From assembly GCF_009914755.1 (NCBI RefSeq), contig NC_060942.1: DNA of 64,000 bases; one strand, given 5' to 3'. This document shows positions 43,309 to 57,865 of this stretch, in pieces. A program made the translations under genes and the position numbers. The DNA is from the human T2T-CHM13v2.0 reference genome, Homo sapiens. The notes under the pieces were generated by a model. The model was given only the letters and a program-made list of their open reading frames with translations, searched no databases and had not been told where the DNA came from. Numbering within the stretch: position 1 is the stretch's first letter; every line of letters begins with the position of its first letter.

Positions 43309-44640
43309 GTAAGTGGACATAAAATGTTTGAAAGCAATGGTGAGTTAAGTGGTAAATATTAAAAAATAAGAAGTGTTCAAACTATCTTCTTAATAATTTG
43401 CATCTGTGTGCACATGTCAGGAGCTGTTACCACTGAAATGGAGAAAAGCTGTTTTAATATTTTTATATTAGTCAATTCCCTGACATGTCTGGCTTCAATA
43501 AGTTAATTTATCCATTGATGCCACCATTGTCAATATCTAAAGATCTGTTATACTTTTTCCAAACTTTAGTGACGTGTAGTTCTCAGGCAATCAATTACTA
43601 ATTTTTTAATTAGGAAAGACTTCACACATATAGAAAAATGTAAGGGAAAATATAACGAACATCTATGTATCCACCACCCAACTTTGTCTTTTCCAAACAT
43701 TAGTCATATTTTCAGTTAAAGTCTCATGTGCACATCCTTGATCCTGTTCCCCTTCTTTCTTCCCCAGAACTAACAGTATCCTGATTTCAGTTCAATTACT
43801 AATTCCTGCATTCAGTCATACTAGGACATGATCACTTATGTTGTCATACAGGTCATACAGGTGAATTTGTTTATTTCTTTGGTTTTACCAAGTGGCTATT
43901 GCATTAATATTATCTGAGTGCCACAACTACTCAGTGAACTAAAAGAACAATAATACTTAATGCCTAATATTAAAGTTTTGCTTAATTCCATAGATTGTTT
44001 TCAAGTGTCCATCCTGCAAAATCCGCATGAGATTTCCCCAAATATGTAACTGTCTTCCTTTATCAGATGCTCCACTCCTCACCTGCTTTTCCCATTAGAA
44101 TTACATAGCAAGAGCTATGTAAAGAATTATCTAGAAAAAAGTAACTTTCCATGAAAGCATAATGTCAAGGTAACAGGCTGAATAGTCATGATTTGTTAAA
44201 TTCTCTTTAGGTACCAAGACATGCTAATTTGCATGATTACATTACGTATGTTTCCTCTTTGGTTTCCATACTGAGCTCATAGGACTGCTTAACTATAATG
44301 TTTTTTCGTGAAAACAAACAAGCATTGCATTAGAAGCTTCCCATAACTGTGTACTAAATATCCTGTCTTTTCTATTTCTGGCTGTTGTCACTGAAAATCT
44401 TATTTCTTTGTACACTTTTAAAATTAGTATATTTTTAGAGCTTTTTCACCCGTTTATATGCCCTCCTTTGTGACTCTCACATAACACATTGTGGGATGTT
44501 ATCACCTCTAGTCATATAATTGTATTTTCTCCCACTTACTTGTTTGCATGGTGACTGCTTATAGACACCCAAGACCCATTTTATAAAAATGCAACAAACA
44601 ACAGCATAAGATATTACAGAATGTTCTCCCTTGTTTTTAG

Positions 44641-44924
44641 AAGTTTGTACAAATACGTATGCCAGAGGCACAGCGGTGGAAGGCACTTCAGGAATGGAAA
44701 TGACCACTAAGCTTGGAGCAGCCACTGAATCTGGAGGTGCTGCAGGCTTTGCAACAGGGACAGTGTCAGGAGCTGCTTCAGGATTCGGAGCAGCCACTGG
44801 AGTTGGCATCTGTTCCTCAGGGCAGTCTGGAACCATGAGAACAAGGCATTTCACTGGAGGAACCAATAAGGACTACGCTGATGGGGCGATAAGCATGAAT
44901 TTTCTGGACTCCTACTTTTCTCAG
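44641..44924 (+). CDS. DSG3: DSG3 exon 15 (Gly/Ala/Thr-rich cytoplasmic segment)
   Basis: 284 nt; VCTNTYARG...FLDSYFSQ; matches ORF 44631..44936; ttttag / GTAATT. Confidence 0.97.
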
Positions 44925-45028
44925 GTAATTTGGTGAAAAACTTTGTGGCTTGATTATCTTATTTACATTAGAGAACTTTTTATTTGATTATATACTTCAG
45001 TTTTGCAGTTTTTATTTACAGCTTGTTA

Positions 45029-45403
<375 letters not shown>

Positions 45404-46165
45404 CTAGCATCTTCTTTAAGAATACAAAGCAGTTCATTTTGTATTTCCTGTATCATAAAGGATATCCAAATACCTGTGTGTATATTTTCCTGAGAGAGGG
45501 GTAGAGTATTCACATTATCTGTCTAAAAAAGTTGAAGAACCACTGAATTAATGACCCCCAAAAAAGGGGAGGCAAAAAGAATAGGATGGAAGATCAGTGA
45601 TGGGAGGAATGACATGTCAGGAAGCATAGAACAGAAAAGGAACATAGTTATGAAAACAAAGAAGACTTTGAAAAGTAGGATGCTTGCCTCTCATTTGATA
45701 ACCAAAGATTAGTGGGCAGAGAGGCACGGTTAGAATGGATCTCACATTGAGTTTTGGTATCAATACTGGTAAGTGCCAAGGTCTGACCTAGTATCCAAGC
45801 AGACAAAGAGTGATATTGTGTTTGAAGAAAGACTGCAGGGCAGGGGAGAAAGGGAGGGGTTGTTTGAGATGAGGACTCTTGGGATATTTCTAGGTGGGAT
45901 GTGTGTTACAGTCACATGTCAGGCTCCCACAAGATTTGTAGAATCTAGACAAAGGTTCTAGCTCAATTTTGAGGTAATGTCAACCATACTGTTGTCCAAA
46001 CACCAGATAATGTTTTGAACAAGATTGTTAATAGACAGTGTCCTTTATTTCTATGGATTACCTAGTTTGGGCATTCATAATCCAAATGAGTTCTACAAAC
46101 AGTATTATATTGTTCAACTGACTCTTTCTTAAAATTCATTTTTTCCCACTTTTTCTCTGTCTTAG

Positions 46166-46780
46166 AAAGCATTTGCCTGTGCGGAGGAAGACGATGGCCA
46201 GGAAGCAAATGACTGCTTGTTGATCTATGATAATGAAGGCGCAGATGCCACTGGTTCTCCTGTGGGCTCCGTGGGTTGTTGCAGTTTTATTGCTGATGAC
46301 CTGGATGACAGCTTCTTGGACTCACTTGGACCCAAATTTAAAAAACTTGCAGAGATAAGCCTTGGTGTTGATGGTGAAGGCAAAGAAGTTCAGCCACCCT
46401 CTAAAGACAGCGGTTATGGGATTGAATCCTGTGGCCATCCCATAGAAGTCCAGCAGACAGGATTTGTTAAGTGCCAGACTTTGTCAGGAAGTCAAGGAGC
46501 TTCTGCTTTGTCCGCCTCTGGGTCTGTCCAGCCAGCTGTTTCCATCCCTGACCCTCTGCAGCATGGTAACTATTTAGTAACGGAGACTTACTCGGCTTCT
46601 GGTTCCCTCGTGCAACCTTCCACTGCAGGCTTTGATCCACTTCTCACACAAAATGTGATAGTGACAGAAAGGGTGATCTGTCCCATTTCCAGTGTTCCTG
46701 GCAACCTAGCTGGCCCAACGCAGCTACGAGGGTCACATACTATGCTCTGTACAGAGGATCCTTGCTCCCGTCTAATATGA
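46166..46780 (+). CDS. DSG3: DSG3 exon 16 coding part (cadherin-like catenin-binding segment, two repeat units NYLVTET/NVIVTER, C-terminus)
   Basis: 615 nt incl. TGA; KAFACAEEDD...LGPKFKKLAE...EDPCSRLI*; acceptor tcttag; cumulative CDS = 3000 nt. Confidence 0.98.
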   Translation, partial: KAFACAEEDDGQEANDCLLIYDNEGADATGSPVGSVGCCSFIADDLDDSFLDSLGPKFKKLAEISLGVDGEGKEVQPPSKDSGYGIESCGHPIEVQQTGFVKCQTLSGSQGASALSASGSVQPAVSIPDPLQHGNYLVTETYSASGSLVQPSTAGFDPLLTQNVIVTERVICPISSVPGNLAGPTQLRGSHTMLCTEDPCSRLI

Positions 46781-47197
46781 CCAGAATGAGCTGGAATACC
46801 ACACTGACCAAATCTGGATCTTTGGACTAAAGTATTCAAAATAGCATAGCAAAGCTCACTGTATTGGGCTAATAATTTGGCACTTATTAGCTTCTCTCAT
46901 AAACTGATCACGATTATAAATTAAATGTTTGGGTTCATACCCCAAAAGCAATATGTTGTCACTCCTAATTCTCAAGTACTATTCAAATTGTAGTAAATCT
47001 TAAAGTTTTTCAAAACCCTAAAATCATATTCGCCAGGAAATTTTCCTAAACATTCTTAAGCTTCTATTTTTCCCCTGCCAAAGGAAGGTGTTTATCATTT
47101 TAAAATGCAATGTGATTTAGTGGATTAAGCAGGAGCGCTGGTTCTTGTCTCCATTGCCTTTTCTTATATCATTGATAATGATGTAAGAATCACAAGG

Positions 47198-47502
<305 letters not shown>

Positions 47503-49185
47503 AAGAATCACAAGGTATTTGCTAAAGCATTTTGAGCTGCTTGGAAAAAGGGAAGTAGTTGCAGTAGAGTTTCTTCCATCTTCTTGGTGCTGGGAAGCCA
47601 TATATGTGTCTTTTACTCAAGCTAAGGGGTATAAGCTTATGTGTTGAATTTGCTACATCTATATTTCACATATTCTCACAATAAGAGAATTTTGAAATAG
47701 AAATATCATAGAACATTTAAGAAAGTTTAGTATAAATAATATTTTGTGTGTTTTAATCCCTTTGAAGGGATCTATCCAAAGAAAATATTTTACACTGAGC
47801 TCCTTCCTACACGTCTCAGTAACAGATCCTGTGTTAGTCTTTGAAAATAGCTCATTTTTTAAATGTCAGTGAGTAGATGTAGCATACATATGATGTATAA
47901 TGACGTGTATTATGTTAACAATGTCTGCAGATTTTGTAGGAATACAAAACATGGCCTTTTTTATAAGCAAAACGGGCCAATGACTAGAATAACACATAGG
48001 GCAATCTGTGAATATGTATTATAAGCAGCATTCCAGAAAAGTAGTTGGTGAAATAATTTTCAAGTCAAAAAGGGATATGGAAAGGGAATTATGAGTAACC
48101 TCTATTTTTTAAGCCTTGCTTTTAAATTAAACAGCTACAGCCATTTAAGCCTTGAGGATAATAAAGCTTGAGAGTAATAATGTTAGGTTAGCAAAGGTTT
48201 AGATGTATCACTTCATGCATGCTACCATGATAGTAATGCAGCTCTTCGAGTCATTTCTGGTCATTCAAGATATTCACCCTTTTGCCCATAGAAAGCACCC
48301 TACCTCACCTGCTTACTGACATTGTCTTAGCTGATCACAAGATCATTATCAGCCTCCATTATTCCTTACTGTATATAAAATACAGAGTTTTATATTTTCC
48401 TTTCTTCGTTTTTCACCATATTCAAAACCTAAATTTGTTTTTGCAGATGGAATGCAAAGTAATCAAGTGTTCGTGCTTTCACCTAGAAGGGTGTGGTCCT
48501 GAAGGAAAGAGGTCCCCTAAATATCCCCCACCCTGGTGCTCCTCCCTCTCCCTGGTACCCTGACTACCAGGAAGTCAGGTGCTAGAGCAGCTGGAGAAGT
48601 GCAGGCAGCCTGTGCTTCCACAGATGGGGGTGCTGCTGCAACAAGGCTTTCAATGTGCCCATCTTAGGTGGGAGAAGCTAGATCCTGTGCAGCAGCCTGG
48701 TAAGTCCTGAGGAGGTTCCATTGCTCTTCCTGCTGCTGTCCTTTGCTTCTCAACGGTGGCTCGCTCTACAGTCTAGAGCACATGCAGCTAACTTGTGCCT
48801 CTGCTTATGCATGAGGGTTAAATTAACAACCATAACCTTCATTTGAAGTTCAAAGGTGTATTCAGGATCCTCAAAGCATTTTAACCTTGCCGCTTAAAAC
48901 CCAATTTACCGTGAAATGGGAATTTTGCTGCATTGTTAAACTGTAGTGGAAACCATGCTATAGTAATAAAGGTTATATAAGAGAGAAATTGAAATTAAAT
49001 GTGTTTTTAAATTTCAAAAAAAAATCAATCTTTAGGATGACTTAAAAATTGATTTGCCATGTAAAATGTATCTGCATTTTTTACACAAAACTTGTTTTAA
49101 GCATAAAATTTTAAAACTGTACTACTTGATGTATTATACATTTTGAACCATATGTATTAAACCATAAACAGTATAATGTTGTTAT

Positions 49186-49215
49186 AATAAAACAGGCAAT
49201 AAATTTATAAATAAA
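49186..49215 (+). terminator. Polyadenylation signal cluster (3x AATAAA)
   Basis: AATAAA at 49186, 49198 and 49210. Confidence 0.85.
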
Positions 49216-49265
49216 AGCTGAACTACTCTCTATATTAATAGTTATTAAGAAATATGATTATAAAA

Positions 49266-49600
49266 CAGCAGTCCCCAACCCTTCTGGCACCAGGAATCAC
49301 TTTTGTGGAAGACAATTTTTCCACAGACGGCGGCAGGGATGGTTTCAGGATGAAACCGTTCTACCTCAGATCATCAGGCATTAGATTATCGTAAGGAGCA
49401 GGCAACCTAGATCCCGCATATGCGCAGTTCGCAATAGGGTTCACGCTCCTGTGAGAAACTAATGCCACTGCTGATCAGACAGGAGGCGGAGCTCAAGCTG
49501 GATTGCTCACTTGCCCGCAGCTCACCTCCTGCTACGGCCTGGTTCCTAACAGGCCACAGACAGGTACTCTGGGGGGTGGGGGCAGGGTTGGGGACCCCTG
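49266..49600 (+). mobile_element. MER1B hAT-Charlie element
   Basis: TIRs cagcagtccccaacc ... ggttggggacccctg; 8-bp TSD ttataaaa / atataaaa. Confidence 0.88.
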
Positions 49601-51195
49601 ATATAAAATGACTCACGTATGTATTTTTATCAGTATTTTAGCTATTTTTTCTAGCTGATTCCTTTTCTGCATCTTCCAGGCAGGAAGGAAGTATGTCAAG
49701 ATTCGGGATGACTTCAGGTGGACATAGTGCAGGAGAAAGTGCTGGATGAGGTCAGGGCAGAGGGACTTTACTAACTGGATGCTTTAAGTCATTTACTGTT
49801 TATTTTGCAAGTTGCAATTGTCTCTCAGGTAACTGAGAGATCACTGTTGTGACATTCAAAAGTTGTGACATTCTAAGATGACTTGGGGAGAAAAGCTGGA
49901 GTAAAGAGAAGGTAATGTTTACAATCTAGCCTGATGAAAAATGCGTACCATGTCACTGGTGAAAGCCATCAGCCCCAGAAGTGGAACTGTTTTTCTGTAA
50001 ATGCTAAAGTCCTTATGTCTCCTTTTAAAAGATGCCACAGAATAAGTCCCTCCAACGCTTCAGAACTTTCTTCTGGCTGACCTTCCTCCTTCTTAAATCT
50101 GATCAATGAGGCTTGGACATGGAGTATGGGGAGAAAAAGAAACTGGATTAAAGCAAATATTGAGTAAAGAATGGTAGTTGGCTTAACTCAAATGTTTCAA
50201 ATCAATTCCAGGAAAATGAAAGTCATGTAGATAAAATCCAAAAATATTACCAGCTTCTTCTATTCATAGAAAGTTCAAGGAACGAAAGTGACAAAATCGG
50301 TTTAGTTTTACCTGAGGACCTTCATACGTGAGGTAAGAGTGTGAATGGGACACATTCAACTGACTAGTTTCAATACAACTAACAATTTAGAAACAAGTAA
50401 AAGTTAAGAATCCTTCTTGTTCTTGCATTTCCACATTGTCTCGTATCTTCTTCTGGGTCTACAAAGAGGAATACTGAATTAGAGATTATATGGTTTCACA
50501 GCGTTCAGTCACATAGTCTGAGATGGTTTTACGTAAAGGGGATAATTGATAAGACAAGAAGATACACAATCATTTAAATTCCAGAAGCCAGAAACCACAC
50601 GTTTTCCACAATGAACGCTGAGACTCCTCTTGCTTTGCTGTCCAGAGTATGCTGAGATTCCCTCCCTGGCCAAAGACATCAGGCTGTTCTCTGGTTGGTG
50701 TCTTTACTTTCTTTTTCTTCCACAGTTTGATTCATTTTTACAAATAAAAAACAAAAAAATTTAGACACAATAGAGATATAGTTAAAACTCAAGAGGGTAA
50801 TGTCTGAAGAACAAGTACAAATGGATGCGGTTATCAGAGCAAGAAGAAAAGAGACATTGGTGAGGGTTACCACGTGGTCAAGAGAGCTACATACTCTAAT
50901 TCAATTCTAGAGTAATCCTTAGATTACAGGCATGGAAACAGAGACTCAGAGAAGCAAAATAACTTTCTCAAATTTGCACAATAAGTGACACAGATGTGAA
51001 AGTTTATCAATAATTGTCTGGAAATAATAACTATTACTCTCAGAATAATCCGTTCACTTCCAGTCTAAGACTTGAGTAGAACATTAAAAATTAGAAAGAA
51101 TACAAAGAAAATGAAAATTATAAAAAGGATTACAAATCTAGATGTAATTTTAAAGATTAAATAAGTAGTATAATGTAGGCATATGTGTGTGTGGG

Positions 51196-51243
51196 AGGGA
51201 GAGAGAGAGAGAGTGACAGAGAGAGAGAGAAAGAGAGAGAGAG
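51196..51243. repeat. Interrupted (GA)n microsatellite
   Basis: Direct read. Confidence 0.9.
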
Positions 51244-52994
51244 AATGCTAATACATGATGCTGCTATTTTGAAGTACATGTGGAGGTTTTTCTTTCAGGG
51301 GCCAGTGACCAGGTCTCTTCCACAACCAATAACTAATAAGAATGAGCCAAAAGCCTAAATTGCAGAAACAAGTATTTAGCTGAATTTAAATTACAATTTT
51401 TGTATTTTAATATAAAATTAAAATGCAATTTTATACAATTATAACTGATGTTGTAAGTACTGAAAAAAACTACCTGGAATCTCTTTCTCAGTCAAGTCCC
51501 TAAGAATTACTTTGATAAAGCACTATTTAGAAGAGGTTGTATGAAATGTATCCAGATATGAAATGATTACCTTAAACATGTCCTTCCAGCTCAGTGTTTC
51601 CATGATTTGTGGAAAAGAACATATTTTAACAACTACAAATTTTTTACTCCTTGAAATCAGTTTCATTTCTACTTTGATTTTCCTGAGGAACATGGTACGA
51701 CTATATTTTCAATTTTATGCCTCAGAACATCTCTGATGTTTTCTGTGTGCAGAATTCATCATTACTAAATTAGCAAACAGTGAATTCTATGTGACAACAC
51801 AGAGAATCAAATGATGATAATATAAGCAAAACATTGATATTGAAACAACGTGTATGTCCTCATTTCCCCAGAAGGCAGAAGAAGTATTTATGTTCTTTCA
51901 TAATCAAAAGAAGGATTGCAAGGAACTTTCTTGATTATAAAGCTGTAAAGAATCAGGTAATCCTGTATTTATTCAAATGGCATAATGACATGATTTTCAA
52001 TCCTGCAAGGAGACATTGTTACTAAGTGAAAAATGAGTATTTAAACACAAAATATGAGATTAACTTCAGTCATGTCTTCTCATGTCCAACTGACTTCTAC
52101 TGATAATAAGATTTATATGGTCCTAACTCAGATGAAACACACACACACCCACATTCTTGCCTCAGGTAACCTCATGGCTTGGCATAGCTAAAGCAGGGTC
52201 TTTCCATTATCAAATCTATGGACCAGACACTAATGCTTAGTGGGCGCTGCAGACACAAAGTTTCTGCATTTAAGAATTCTGCTATCTAGCATTATTATTT
52301 TAGAAAATAATAATAATCACCTAGATTTTGCACCTAAATTTCTTTAGGTAAGCTATGGTGAAAAAGCCTTATTTAACCAGACTTTTAATTATTTTCAACC
52401 ACGTCTGACATCCCCAACATTTAATTAGTAAAAAATATGCAATAAATCCTTAGTCTAGTAAGTTCTGACAAAATCTACCTTCCCGCATCCTCCCTCTTTT
52501 TCTCAGCTGTTATAAATTGCTATGAATTTTTCCTCAGAACATATTTTGTGGCTGCTATCTGATACCTAAGTTGATTTTCTAACTTGCCACTGTTTCTACA
52601 TACACTCTCTTGGATCTGGAAATGTTCTCTTTTGTGTTGGTCTTTGAATATTCTTTCAAAGAGGCAAACTTATAATGAAGGCATATGCTACCAAGACAAT
52701 AACAGACCTCCTACTTTATGCAACAAAGGCTCACCCAGGGCCTCTCAAACAAGCCAATGCATGCTATTGCTACTTTTGCCAACTCTGGCTAGAAAAGGGT
52801 ATCTCCACTGAAGGAACAAGTCAGGAGATGTTCGTGAATATAGAGAATGAGTTGTCAAGCTAAGAAAACCTATTAAAGTTTGCAAAAAAAAAAAAATCAC
52901 TACTGAAGGAGCTAAGAGAATTTTTAAAAATCTCATTCCATCTGTTAATCAATCAAAATAACTATATTATATTTTAATGATTAACAAAAGTTAA

Positions 52995-53319
<325 letters not shown>

Positions 53320-53369
53320 TTAAACTTGAAAAGGTTTCTGTTTTGTCTTTTTTGTGCATTTAAGTTAAT

Positions 53370-53575
53370 GGTTGAGTTCAGGCTTTGAAGACAAACTACA
53401 TACTTGAGTTCAAATCCCCGTTTCCCAACTTACTAACTTTATGGTTTGGGGCAAGTTTCTTAATCTCTGTGAACCTCTCTGGACTATTATTATGAAGATA
53501 ATAATAGCTTCTACTTCACAGAGTTTCTGTAAAGTTAAGAGAATGCGCTTTGAACATAGTAAATGCTCATAAAGA
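53370..53575 (+). mobile_element. MIR SINE
   Basis: caggctttgaag...gagttcaaatccc...gggcaagtttcttaatctctgtg. Confidence 0.7.
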
Positions 53576-55629
53576 TTTGTTTTCTTTTTTTACTGTATTT
53601 TAAATCTTCAAAATGAACTCAATCATCTCAAAGAGTTCTGACGTACAAACTACTGAAACCACAGAATCTCGAAATATCCCTATTGTATGATCCAAAGCCC
53701 TCCTTTTACATAGATGCTTAAACTGAGGCTGAGAAGCAACTCGTGGATCAATTTCAGAGTTAAGAATTGGCTAGGCTGATTCTCTTCCTGCTACTCTAGA
53801 CTGCCACCATAATATGTCTTTTTTATTAATTTTTTGCCTTAGCCACAAGGATTGCCCTAGTCTTCTCAGCACTGGAAATTCCGATGAATGGACAGTCCAA
53901 TGAAGACATGCCAGTTCATAACAAATTGTTATCTTGTATACCCAAGCCGATCAGAATCACCAGATGATTGCCATTTTTCAATTCAGCTTCCTTGGAAAAG
54001 TGAATTTAGGCTTTTAAATGAAGACTTGAATTCCTGTGTTCAGGTGGATATTAACTGTGACAGGGTCATGTAGGTTGTTTCTATCATGTTGCAATAGGGT
54101 CATGGGCAGGATGGATGGCTTCTTTCTTCCCCCAGAGAATACTCACTATGTCATTTCTACCAGCCAGATGGGACATCCACGTGGCTTTGGGGGAAAAAAA
54201 AAAACCCAGTTACTTGAAAACTAGCATGAAAAGAATGACACTAATTGACCCCACTTCCATTGGATATATATTTTAATGTTACTAGAATAGTGACAAACTG
54301 CATGAAAAAAGACCACACTTTTATGTTCAGTTTCTCTATGATTTATGGATCATTATCACTGCTGGGCAAGTGAAAATCAGCTTATTTGCAAATGCCAGCT
54401 GACCCATCATAAAATGGAAGGAAGTGAAATCTGTCTTTACCTTTGCATGTTTTTTCTTTATTTCTAGCACATGACATGCCTAATGTCTTCATATTCACTG
54501 CTACCTGCTTCTTCTAAAAACTGGCTATAACTAGTTGATAAGTTTTTTAATTGTTTGAGAAATTAATTCACAGTAAGGTATAAATCACAAAAAGCACTTT
54601 GTTACTCCTCCCTGAAGTGTGTGTCTTTAATGTTTAGAATATTTGTTGACTGCATAAACAAAGTGAATTTTCATTATCATTGAGCAATAGGTTAGGAGGT
54701 AAAGCAACTTGAGAACACACACTGTCCAGCATCCCTCCAATCACACATTTCACATCTGTCCATTTAGACCATTTCTGTACACATGATCACACCTGGGACT
54801 CAGGCCTCACATTCTGACCCATTGAGCATACTCTGTAGACTCAAGATTTCAATGATTGAAAATTCTGGGGTATAGAGTAGACTAATTCTCCTGTAGTGTC
54901 AAACAATGAAAACTAGCCATGGCAATTTTATGAACCATAGAGCAATTCTTCACATGAGCTTTTACATGGATTTCACATTATCCAACTCTGAATCTTTTCT
55001 GTAATACTGTTCTGCTTAACCTGTTGTCATCAACATAACTATTTACTTCAGATTCATGTTGTAATCCCACAGTTAAGAAAGAAGTACAATGATACACTTT
55101 CATCCTCTCTCATACCCGTAAGAGAATTAATCACAAGCAGTCTTTGTTGACTGACTTAACTTTATTGTAGCTGATTCTGCATGAAATGGGTGTAACTCTC
55201 TCCAAAGGTATAATGTCATTCACATATTGTTCCAGCTGAAGATTCAGCCACTGGGAGGAGGAAGATGTTACAGTAAATGTGCAGACAATTGCCTAGCTAA
55301 GTAAGGGGTCAGCTTTCAAGATACACAGTAATGTTCATAATGAACACAATCTTTTTTTTTTTAATTTTAACCACAATTGTCTTCAGACAAGCTGAAAAAG
55401 GTCATTGTGAGCATTATATCTAAACTATCCAGAGCAATTTTTTTCCCATTGCCTTCTTTGTATCAAACTTTTTTGCTCAATCAGTTTGCTTAATCTTTAA
55501 ACACATCTCTGTCTCATAAAACCTCTACTTGGAGTGAGAATTAGAAGAGGTGATGTAACTCAATCTAGGTCTACTGAAAAAAAAAAGCTATGTAATTTGA
55601 ACAAAATGGGTTTAAAAACAAACATTTTC

Positions 55630-56041
<412 letters not shown>

Positions 56042-57434
56042 TTAAATTATTATTTATCATGTTATGGGGTTTTCAATTACTTTTGCTACGGAAGTAAAGT
56101 TACTAGATAGAAGTAATTTGCCATTCACAGTATCTAACCTGGGATTCAAGAATAACAATATTGTAATTGTAGTCAGCACAGTTCATGAAGTGTGTCCTCC
56201 AAAGTAGATGACATTCACAAGCTCACGCCCTCAGACGGAGAAGCCCTGTGATCAAGGCTAAGGCTCCCATCTCCTTCCCTGTTGGAACCCATGTTTTTCC
56301 TCAACCTGAGAAGAATAGCAGAACACAAGTGGGTAAGTTCGTTATTGAATAGCCTTAAATGCGCTCCAATCATTTTAACAAAGGAAATCCTTCACAAATT
56401 TCAGAATGTTATTAACAAATTAGTACGTTGACTGAAATTTTCAAGCCACCACCAAAAAGACTAATTTGTAAAGTAAATTAAAATAAATAATTTAATTACT
56501 TTAAATTCTTGGGTTTTTTTAGAATGAAAATCATGTACTTTTGAAATTCTGCATCTCTCAACCAAAGTGCTTACAATTATCATTCTAGGTCATTTGGAAA
56601 GATTTTTAAACCCACTATTTTACTTCCAGGTTCACTCTCCGAAGCTACTGCATTGTTTCTATTTCACTTTTTCACTGCACATAAGACTGTCATTGTCTAT
56701 CTACGAATGAATAATTGCCAAAAACCAGTTTTGTCTGTTTTTTCTGTCTTCTGAGGGGTTTTTAAAATTTATTTATTTCTGTGTATCTCCCTAAGCTCAT
56801 TAGTCACAATGGGTCAGTGTGATGGTTTCCCTCTGAAACTCAGTAAGTACTGCTGTGCCTGCCCTAAAAGCCTGCAAGCCCTGTCATGCTGGTGATGGAT
56901 TCCAGTCCAGGACTGCTGTTAGCAACCAAGGACTCCCCTGCTCTCTTTCTTTGCTATTTCCCTTATCTTTCCAAGAACTTCCATAAACAAAACTTAGGGT
57001 GAAACCGAAATGATAGATTTGTCATGAGTAGATAAAATTAACTTTCCCCAGTGTTGCACTCCTGTAGTGAATGCACATTTTGTTCATTTCCAGGGAGAAG
57101 GAGGATTTTTCATGTTGTTGATGCTTTCTTCCTTGGTTCCCCCTGCAAGGAAGGGAGCCTTAAAGCAGAGGAAGAACAGCCGTGTTCTCCACTGGCGTCT
57201 GAACTCCTCCACTTCACCCTGTCCCGGCAGTCTTAGCAATGCCCGCCCTTGACGAAATTGTGAGGTAGAGCAATTTTATCCACAGCGAGCCAGGCCCCCC
57301 ATCACACCCCCACCCCAGTCTGGTGACAGTCCCTCATGTCCTTCCAGGAATCCAATGTTCTCTTCCCCTTTTCCCCTTTACCCTCATTTTACACTCTCTC
57401 TCTCTCAATTCCAAAATAACCTTGAAAATTTCTT

Positions 57435-57865
57435 CACTTATTCATGTATTTACACATTCAGCTGGGATTTACCGAAAGCCTACATTGGGCCAGGCACTGT
57501 TTTATTTGCAGGATACACGGCAGTTCACAGAGAAAAATCCCAGCCCTCACAAAGTTTACATCCTAGGGAATGGCAACAGATAAGAAATAAGTTAAAACAC
57601 AGTCTTTTAGGTTACAATGTACCAAGAAGAAAAATACAGAAGAGAAAAAGAGGATGGGGAGCTCTGGGCACGGGGGGCGGGGGGAGGGTAATTACAATTT
57701 TAAAATCACTGGTCAGGGAATGTCCTTACTGAGAAGGTAACATTTGAGGGGAGAAAAGTGAAGAGTGACGGAAAAGACCTTGTACATTTCTGGAGCAGAA
57801 ACTTCCAGGGAAAAGGAACCGCAAGTGCAAGGCTCCGAGGTGGGGCATGCCTGGTGAACCTGTGG
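57435..57865 (-). mobile_element. L2 3' region
   Basis: attcatgtatt...cctacattgggccaggcactgtt...ggtcagggaatgtccttactgagaaggtaacatttgag. Confidence 0.7.

Noticed and set aside
44477-44866. 129-aa antisense ORF (also 39509, 39675, 46588)
   Set aside because: Shadow ORFs opposite GC-richer DSG3 exons.
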